DNA of 64,000 nt from Octopus vulgaris (Eukaryota): assembly GCA_951406725.2 (NCBI GenBank), contig OX597821.1, positions 113,770,001 to 113,834,000 on the forward strand, read 5' to 3'. Shown here in pieces: positions 54,690 to 64,000 of this stretch (its first letter is position 1; each line of letters starts with the position of its first letter). Below the pieces are notes generated by a model. It worked only from the letters and a program-made list of their open reading frames with translations, was not told where the DNA came from and made no database searches. The translations under genes were made by a program, and so were the position numbers.

Positions 54690-54902
54690 ATACAGTTCTA
54701 TATTTAAGAGATGAGGAATTATGTACATTATTCACATTATTTACATTCGACGGATATTTCTCCTCATCTTGTTTGTTGTTAACACAACGTTTCGGCTCAT
54801 ATACCCTCCAGCCTTCTTCAGGTGTCTTGGGGAAATTTCGAACCTGGGTTTTCATTACCAACAAACAAGGTGAGGACAAATATCCGTCGAATGTAAATAA
54901 TG
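54690..54902. mobile_element. Inverted-pair HHR-SINE locus 3 (no head), in a collagen intron
   Basis: Minus arm 54693-54857, short plus arm 54858-54902; TATCTTTCTTCATA direct repeat at 54676-54689 and 54903-54916. Confidence 0.75.
54781..54826 (-). ncRNA. Minimal hammerhead motif, sense to the collagen pre-mRNA
   Basis: GACAC-CUGAAGA-A-GGCUG...GAGCC-GAAAC-GUU-GUGUU. Confidence 0.7.
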
Positions 54903-55688
54903 TATCTTTCTTCATAGTTCTTAACCAAGTTATTACAGGTCTGTCTCACCTCATACAACCTTTGCAAATTTCACTCGAGAGAGGTTTTCATTGTGTCCTC
55001 CGAGGATACATGCAGAGCACGTGGTCGAGTATCTATTGTAAGTCCACGTCAACCTTGTACGATAACTTCTTTGTAAAACCACGTCGTTCCTGATATGTCG
55101 AGCCGAGCATTTCTTATTAAGATCCGAAAGTAATTTCCATCGACCAAATTTCACTCACAAGATAACAGCTGACAAGAGGTTCTAAAAATGGCCCAAGATA
55201 TCACATGATATTATCGAATCTGGGACTCGAGGTTGCGAAGTGCGTTTCCTAACTTGTCGTCCATGCTGTGTCCACATATTGTAATACAAATACTCTTTCT
55301 TCCTGTCTCTTATCAGTCTAGCAAACACATGAATGATTTATCATCGTTGACGAGTTTTAACAAGACAGAAGCATGTCTGGAGATACCATTGCATCTGCCA
55401 AATTCGAGATTATTCTACTCGTTATAGCATTGCCTACTTCCAATTTCAATCAACTGGTACCCCGTTGCTGCAAAACCTTGAATAATTATTTTGTATTTTG
55501 ATTGTCACCCTTGTCGCTGTTTGGTTAAATTCAGCATCGCTCAGTAATGACCCCTCCTCCTTCATCTTGATTAATTATAGATGTCTTGTGTTCGTCACAT
55601 TAACAGTGTTAGTATTTCAATAAAAAAAAAAAAAACAAGGTTCGTACATACATACATATATACTTAAAAATTGCAAAGGTTTACTCAC

Positions 55689-55742
55689 ACGTGGGCCATC
55701 GATTCCGTCCTTTCCGGGAAATCCAATTTCTCCTGGTTCTCC
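55689..55742 (-). CDS. Collagen exon (54 bp): GEPGEIGFPGKDGIDGPR
   Basis: Six Gly-X-Y triplets, tag acceptor, gtgagt donor. Confidence 0.93.
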
Positions 55743-56139
55743 CTATTATATTTATAAAAAAAACACAAATTACCTTCAGTACAATAAACACTCTACACCT
55801 ATAAAATCTGACGAACAAAAGGTAGACAGCAGCACAAACTCTCTCTTCCTTTCTCTCGCTCCCTATCTCCCCCTCATTTTCTACTTTAATAGATTTCTCT
55901 TTATTTTGACTTGTTTACTTACGGTCTATTTATTTCAATCTCGGTTACTATTTTTTTCTTTGCATTGTGTTTGTACTTGTACGTATGTTAGCAGTTTATT
56001 GATAAACGGTATCATTATACATATCATTATACATACATACAAACAAAAATGTTAAAATTTCAATGAAGGAGCCTTGAATCTAGGTTAGAAACCGGCTCTT
56101 TCTCTATTGGCAAGAAATCTTGAAATAAAACTGAATGAT

Positions 56140-56202
<63 letters not shown>

Positions 56203-56856
56203 ATACACACACATACACACACGCACGCACACATTATTCTTAAACAAGGATATTATAATGATATGCTTGTTTAAGAATAATATATTCGTATTTATAGTTT
56301 TTATTATAACGTAACATAAAACAAACATTAATATATATATATATATATATAGGCATACATAGATGCACAAACAAGTATACACATACACACAGAAACACGC
56401 ATATACATAGCTATATATAAACGTATGTAAATTCATACGCTTACAATAGTTACACATACATAGCTACACGCCTCCTTTATGTATCGATTTCTAAGGATAA
56501 TTTTTTTTCTTACAGACACAGTGGAGTCATTCTACTCTCATGTACACCGAAAGCAAGAGAAATATTGAAATATAAACACGAGAGAGAGGTGGGGAGAGAG
56601 ATTTATAGGTAATGAGGGAAACAGTAAGTTGAGGCAAGTGTAGAAACGTAAATGAACCGTATTTCTGTGTGTGAATATTGTATTATGGAAGTTTGTGTGT
56701 CTGTTAACTGATCAAAGTTGATTCAGGCATGATAATCGTGTTTTGTTGGTATACCTTGTGTGTGCTCATAAAACACATGAACACACTCAAACATACATAT
56801 GTCTATGGCCGTCACTGTGCTATTACAATTATAAAATAATGTCTTTTCTCTCTGTG

Positions 56857-56927
<71 letters not shown>

Positions 56928-57076
56928 GGGTATTGGCACCCAGAAGACTCAAGGTGGCAAGTAACATATGTGGCAGATAACGCTCTGTAAGTGCTATGGA
57001 AGGATCGTGGTTAAACTCTCGGTTCGATAATGATACGAGTGAGGAGTCTAGTGCGGGTCTTTATTTAACACGCACA

Positions 57077-57140
<64 letters not shown>

Positions 57141-57173
57141 ATCTGAGTTTGTACGATCGTGTGTAGAATAATA

Positions 57174-58091
57174 TTAGGTCATCCCATAAGTTCTGTACGA
57201 ATTTCGAATAAAAAAAAACAAGTGATCAAATGTTATATTTAATTGAAATTTAATCATCAATGTACTTTCCCTGATTATCTATGACTTCCTTCCATCTATT
57301 TACAAGCATTTTAATCCCATCAATGTAAAACTATTTTGGTTTCAAAGCGAAGAACTCTGAAATGTCAGTTTCGACCTCCTCCTGGCTTGCGAAAGTTATG
57401 TCCCCCAAATAATTCTGTAAACTACGAAACAAATGGTAGTCTGAAGGAGCAAAGAGGGGAGAATAAGGTGGATGAGGAATTTTTTCCCAACCAAGCTCTT
57501 CGAGAAGAGCAGGTGTCAACTCGGGATTTGCGGTTGCTTTCGGACAATTCACGAGGCACCCATTTTCCAAGTTTAGGAACCTTTCCAAGTTGTTGAATAT
57601 GATGATGAACAGTTGTATGGTTTGAACTAAGCTTTATTGCCAATTCTTCAACTGATAATGCAGGATTTTCTTCAAGTGATGCCTTAAGGAGTTTATCATC
57701 AAACTGAACTGAACGTCCTGCTCGATCTTCAGCTTCAAAGCTGAAATCTCCACTTCTGAATTTTGCAAACCATCTTCTGCAAGTTCTTTCATTCAAGCAT
57801 TCTTTCCCATTAGCTGAGTGTATGTTTCGAGTTGCTTCGGCAGCAGAGTTTCCTTTTTTGTACTCATAAAGCATTATGAACCTTAAATGCTCTTTGGATA
57901 CTTCCATGTTAGAGAGGGGTTTAATCAAAGAAATTTTAATTCTATTATTCTGTAAAATAATATTTAATTAGTTTAAATGTACACAAATGCATAAAAATAA
58001 TTTTTAATTCTATCAGACATTCTAAAATACTATTAAATTTCATTCAATTTAAAAAAAGGTAAAATCGGACAGAACTTATGGGATGACCTGA
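57174..58091 (-). mobile_element. Internally deleted mariner (Tc1/mariner) transposon
   Basis: About 30-bp TIRs (ttaggtcatcccataagttctg...), TA on both sides, HTH region with WVPREL and HPPYSP.APSDYHLF motifs; central catalytic segment missing. Confidence 0.93.
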
Positions 58092-58352
58092 TATATTAAT
58101 CAATGAAATTCCAAATTAGTCTGATTTTCATGTTTTGTTATTTAGCAACTTTTACGATTTTACAATTTCGCTATTTTACAATATTGAAATAAACTAGAAC
58201 TTTCATACGTTGCGCAGTCATCTGGTTTCTGTAGAGACAGTCGTTCTTCCACAATTGACAAGATTGTAAAATTGCAAAATTGTAAAATTGTAAAAGTTGC
58301 AAATAATAAAACGTGAAAATCAGACTAAATTGGAGTTTCATTGATTAATATA
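58092..58352. mobile_element. MITE/fold-back with roughly 90-bp imperfect TIRs, abutting the mariner
   Basis: tatattaatcaatgaaattccaaattagtctgattttca... versus ...tgaaaatcagactaaattggagtttcattgattaatata. Confidence 0.75.
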
Positions 58353-58700
58353 TATATGTGTGTGTGTGTATGTGTGTGTGTGTATGTGTGTGTGTGTGTG
58401 TGTATGTGTGTGAGTGTGTGCGTGCGTGTGTGTATGTGTGCGTGTGTGTGTGTGTGACAGTACACTAACGAATGTTCATATATTGAAAGCCCAATGTCAA
58501 AACTAAAAATGCTGTTTGTAAGAAAGCATCTTCGTGATCTTAATTAAATCAACTACTTCGATTCATAAGTTGTTTAATTGATCCGAAGATATATTGGCGC
58601 TTAAGATTTGATAAAAAACTGAAAGCTCTTTCTTAGATGAATTACTAATAAACATCCAGACAAACGCACATGTATAACAATATTTTAATACTTGACTTAC

Positions 58701-58745
58701 CTTATCACCTCGACCACCTTTCAGTCCAGGTGTACCTTTGGTACC
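58701..58745 (-). CDS. Collagen exon (45 bp): GTKGTPGLKGGRGDK
   Basis: Five Gly-X-Y triplets, tag acceptor and gtaagt donor; 45 bp is a classic collagen exon size. Confidence 0.92.
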
Positions 58746-58951
58746 CTACAAAATAATAATATCGACATTTAGTGCAATGAAAGCTTATCTTGACGCGATT
58801 TTAGCGATATGATATTCATTCGCTTTCCTATAAAGATACAAACATCATATACATACATACATATGTATGTATGTAGAAGGAAGAGAATAAATAGAGCTTT
58901 ATACACGAGTGTATATATATTTATTTATTATTATTTTTAATAGACAGAAGG

Positions 58952-58983
<32 letters not shown>

Positions 58984-59019
58984 TGTATGTATGTATGTAT
59001 GTATGTATGTATGTATAAG

Positions 59020-60910
59020 ACCTAAATGTTCTGCTGCAAAGCAAGAGTCTGCTAAAACAATAAATGACTCACTAACGAAGAAAAAATCTGCAAAAGCATC
59101 CAATTTTCGCAACCAAAACAGAAGTCTGGCAGGCAAAATTACTTCTAATACAGCAAAAATGTTTAAATTACAAAAAAGTCCTCGAACAAAACGAGGGAAA
59201 TGCTAAGAAATCAACAGTTTGCTTGCTAAACAAATGTTAGCAAAGAGAAGCAAAGGCCTTTAAACACAGAAATCTGTCAACATAGCAAAGGTCTGATAGC
59301 GAAATTATGAGGTGCGAACAGGGAAAAGTCTGCGAAAAGGTCTGCGAAAAATCAAAGATATAATAATAATAGAAATATGCACAAAAACTAAAGTGCATTA
59401 ACAAACAACTAATTTCCGCTAAAGAACAAAGACGGATGTAACAGAGCATAGGTCATGCAACAAACGAGGTGTTACCGGATTAAGCACCTACTAAAACTTC
59501 TAATTTGTGCAACCAAAAAAATGGCCTTTTATTACAAAAAGTTCTTCCTATATGGCAAACAGTCTGCTAACACGATAAAAAGTCAGCTAATAAAACTAAA
59601 ATAGTGCTAAAAGATCAAAGGTCTTCTGAAAGAAACTGCGAACAAAAAGAATGTCTCTAGATGAAAAAAATTCAACTGTCAAAGCAATGGAGCTGTTAAA
59701 AGAGCAAATGTGTAGTGAAAAACAAATTTTGCTATCAAAAAGGGCATCAAACACAAAATTTATGCTAACGAAGCAAAAGTGTGCAAACAATTCATATGAG
59801 ATGTTACTAGAGCAAACGTCTTCTAAAAATCAATTTCTGCTACCAGAAAATCTTATAAAAAAAATTTCTCCCCAGCACAGAAAATAAATTGCTAACACGA
59901 TAAAGGCCGACTAAAACATAAAAAAAAATATATTTAAAAGACGAAATTTTTGCTAAAAATAACTAATCTCAGCCATCAAAAAGATATTCTTTCTTTTTTA
60001 ATAGAAGAATCTGAAAAAACTGCAAATGATTTCTCACAAAAGAAAAATGATGTTAACACAGCATGTTGGACAAAATGTTTGCCTTGCTGAATAAATTAAA
60101 TATGAAATTAAAAAAAATATGTTCTGCCAACAAAACGAAGGATTTAAAGACAAAAGTCTGCAAATACTGCAAAGGTCCGTCAACAAAATTGTGGTACTAA
60201 CAGGGTAAAAAGGACTCCGGAAATAAACAAAGATATACAAATGTCAGTTACTATCACTATCACTATAAATGACAGCTAAAATAGCAAAAATTAGTTGTTA
60301 CGGGAACAAAGGTCTGCTGCAACAGCAAACGCTAACAACAAATGTTTGCTAAAGTAAACAAATCAACAAAGCTGTATTAAAAGAAAACACTGTGTTACTT
60401 TAAATTTTTGCTAACAAAGTAATGGAGATGCTAAAAGAGCAAAGATGTGCTACAAAATGAATGTTTACTAACAAAACAGACATCAAACACAAACTTTCTG
60501 CTAGCACGCTAAGGTCTGTTAACAGAACAAGGGACGTGCTGCCAGAACATATAACCGCTAAAAAAACCAATTTCTGCTACCAGAAAAGGTCTCCTAAATC
60601 AAAGAGTTCTCCTAATACAGCAAAGTATTGCTAACACGGAAAAAGTTCACTAACCAATTAAAATTACTAGTAAAAAACAAAAGGTCTGGTAAAAAAACAG
60701 AAACCAAATATAATGTAAGAAAAAATATTCTTTAATGCGAAAATCTGATAAAAATCCACAGATCAGCTCACAAAAGCAAAACAGGTATTAATAGAGCAAA
60801 TTTATGTTAAATTAATTTTCTATCCACAAAATGGTTTTTAAGCATAAAATTTCTGCAAGAAGAGCAAAAGTCTGCTGACACAACGAAGGATGTGCCAACA
60901 ATGCAAATGT
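59020..60910 (+). repeat. Decayed A-rich satellite with recurring TCTGC(T)AA motif
   Basis: Many aaagg/tctgctaaaa-like motifs; block starting aatggag at 59686 is repeated at 60421. Confidence 0.65.
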
Positions 60911-62459
60911 ATGTATGCACACAGGTATATTTCGTATGTATCTTTGAAATGGCCATATGCGTGTATTTAATATTTTCGTCCATGAAGACATCGTCTCTAA
61001 ATTATTTACTCTCCTAAAAATTCTATTATTCTATACCTAGCCAATGTACAATATTGCATATTCATTTTATTCCTTCGTCGTCCTCTCGATAAGCATATTA
61101 AATGCAATACTTAGCTGATGAAGTCAAAACAAGGCTTAAACATAACCGTAGTTGTCTCCCGTAGTTGCCGACAAAGTAAAAATAATATTACTCCATTGAG
61201 TATTAATGGTTTGCGTCAATGCATAATTATTATGCATTTTGCATTAAATATTTTAACACTAACATAATTATTATTCATACAGACTAAGCAGCTTATCGCT
61301 AGAAATCAAATAAGCAAGAAACGGTCGTTATTCCCTCATTCACATCCGATTATAAAACACCACAAATATAACCTAAATTTTCATTACATTCCCCAGGGAA
61401 TACATTTTCTTACAATTCAAACGAAACGCATGAAAATAGAAATATTTTCTATAACTGCATGTCTCCAGCCAGTTCGGCGTTATGCCTAATATATTTAGGC
61501 GTTACACACACACACACACATGATGTTAATATAGTCTTCGTGCCTTAATAAATCTGAACGCGATAAAATGGGCTGCTGAAAATTGGTGTAGCCCAAACAG
61601 AAGTTTTATGTAAATGTCTTCGAAATTCGACGATATTTCGTTGCGAAATATTTGATATTTGATAGTAATAATGTAACGTCGACATTTAGGGCACCCTATT
61701 CGAAAAATTTATTTGCAACTGATACTTATGAAGGAAGTTTATTAACGAATCGGGCAAATTATTTGAAGAAAAAAAAACATCGAAACTAAATGAATGAGAA
61801 GTTAAGAGGTTGAACTTTTCTAAAAATATCCATTCAGATTTTCTTGAGGCGTATTATTAAAAAGTAAATTTGGAAACCACATTACAAAATATTTCATTGT
61901 TACTGAATATCACGTTACACTTCGTCTTCAAGAAGCCAGTGTGTCACTGTTAAATGGGTTTTTTGTAAATATGAGCAAACCTCAAACTAAAACTAAGAGA
62001 AATATGTGGAACCTTTCTAAGTACGATTGTTATTTTTCGAACTATTAACTTCCTTTTTAGAGATGAAATTTTTTTTTATTATTTACGACTAATGGGTGGT
62101 GGATTGTCAATATCGTTGGCGCCTCGTACAAATCGCCATGGCGCATTTGATCCGGTTTTGAGTTAAGAGCCTGCCAGAGACAAATTCACCTTTTAATATT
62201 TGGAACTAGATGACAAAAAATACCGATAAAATACTGGAGTTGATTTAATCAACTATTCCTTATTTCCAAATTTCTGGCCATTCAATAAATTAAATAAGTG
62301 CGCAGGATTGGTAAAAAATCGAACAAAATGACGTGCAATATCGGTTTCGATTCTTTACGTTTAGAGTTCAAATCCCGCCATGATCAACTTTATATTTGAA
62401 CCTTCTGTTGTCAATGAAATAGAGTACTCGTCAAGTACCGGGGCCTATATTCGTTTCTA

Positions 62460-63016
62460 TTCTAGGCACAAGGCCCGAAATTTTTGGGGTGGGAGCCAGT
62501 CGAGTACATCGACCCCAGTACGCAACTGGTACTTAATTTATCGACCCCGAAAGGATGAAAGTCACAGTTGACCTCGGCGGAATAGAACCCAGAAATACCT
62601 ATTTCTTTACTACCCACAAGGGGCTAAACATAGAGGGGACAAACAAGGACAGACAAACGGATTAAGTCGATTATATCGACTCCAGTGCGTAACTGGTACT
62701 TATTTAATCGACCCCGAAAGGATGAAAGGAAAAGTCGACCTCGGCGGAATTTGAACTCAGAACGTAGAGGCAGACGAAATACCTATTTCTTTATTACCCA
62801 CAAGGGGCTAAACATAGAGGGGACAAACAAGGACAGACATAGGTATTAAGTCGATTACATCGACCCCAGTGCGTAACTGGTACTTAATTTATCGACCCCG
62901 AAAGGATGAAAGGCAAAGTCGACCTCGGCGGAATTTGAACTCAGAACGTAACGGCAGACGAAATACCGCTAAGTATTTCGCCAGCTGTGCTAACGACTCT
63001 GCCAGCTTGCCGCCTT
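62460..63016 (-). mobile_element. SINE family A trimer
   Basis: Three tandem units, one head. Confidence 0.85.
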
Positions 63017-63528
63017 TACTAGGGTCTATATTACCAACACCTCACCTGCCTCGAAATTTGTGGCTGAGTGCCTATATTAGAATATAAAAGCAATGGATAA
63101 GCGAAACCATTAAAGCACTGGACAAAATGCTTCGCGGTAATTAGTCTACATTTTAAGTTCAGATCCCACTAAGGTCAATTTTGCCTTTCATACTCCCAGG
63201 GTCGGTAAAACAAAGTATTGGGCTCTTAATAATGAACTGTCTTTCTAGCTTCAATTTGTGACCTTTTGTCTTAGTAAGGAATCAATATTTAAGCCTAAAC
63301 TCCAATTGTCAGTATCAAAACACGTTTCATCTTTTATTGATTCGTTTTACACTAACATTGCTTTTTATTTTGCATTAATTGTCGTAAATATTGCAGAAAT
63401 AATAATTACACCTACAGTTGTAAATTATGGAGAGTCATTTTTACTGATTAGGACAAGATTTATGAAGTCCAAGTCTATAAAAGTACTAAAACTTTAATTT
63501 TGGTTTATAGAAAGAAAATTGATCTCAC

Positions 63529-63600
63529 CTTTAAACCAGGTAATCCCAATAAACCACGAGGGCCAGAAGGGCCAGTGGGGCCAGGAGGACCGGGCGTGCC
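63529..63600 (-). CDS. Collagen triple-helix exon (72 bp): GTPGPPGPTGPSGPRGLLGLPGLK
   Basis: Eight perfect Gly-X-Y triplets, phase 0, bounded by cag acceptor (63601-63603) and gtgag donor (63524-63528) on the minus strand. Confidence 0.93.
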
Positions 63601-64000
63601 CTGTTAAATATAAACACAAGGGATTAGAATTGTTTTAAATAGTCAAACATATTTAATAGGCAAAAACAGAAAAAAGTTTCGCAAGTTATAAAAGAAACAA
63701 AGCAAAATTTCAAAATGAAACTAACTTGAAGAAAAGGGCTCGGCCGTCCCAAAACACCGTTGAATATAATAGTACATTGAAAAAGTCGTTTTAATTAGTC
63801 TAAATGGGATGGGTTACCCATTTCATGAGGAGGAAAAGATTTATACTGGAAATCAAAATGCTGCGACTGATTTAAATATCGTCGTGGCACTCCGTCGGTT
63901 ACGACGACGAGGGTTCCAGTTCATCCGATCAACAGAACAGCCTGCTCGTGAAATTAATGTGCAAGTGGCTGAGCACTCCACAGATACGTGTACCGTTAAC

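Noticed and set aside
56923-57079. 157-bp TG...CA island in (TA)n as a possible solo LTR
   Set aside because: Terminal inverted repeat is too weak and a TSD cannot be assessed within the microsatellite

Overview
AT-rich, microsatellite-saturated animal genomic DNA. The SINE families and repeat landscape suggest an Octopus/coleoid cephalopod genome (inference). Almost all six-frame ORFs are microsatellite or SINE artefacts. The only clear host gene is a minus-strand collagen, with seven phase-0 Gly-X-Y exons (72/45/54/54/54/54/54 bp) between 63600 and 45333; there is also one candidate plus-strand exon at about 15 kb. The rest is mobile DNA: R4/Dong-type RLE LINE 3' ends in (TAA)n, RTE LINE pieces, Penelope-like (PLE) fragments, an internally deleted mariner, non-autonomous Helitrons, several tRNA-derived SINE families (one forming 184-bp concatemers) and fold-back/MITE hairpins. 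The most interesting signal is a set of nine minimal hammerhead-ribozyme (HHR) motifs (one truncated, several with core substitutions). Five belong to a repeated element built as tRNA-like head + (TAA)n + HHR tail, present at three loci as inverted pairs; one locus has a 14-bp flanking direct repeat. This looks like a Penelope-mobilised, ribozyme-bearing SINE whose internal (TAA)n is itself a landing pad for Dong LINEs. All family assignments come from motif recognition by eye; no database search was run.
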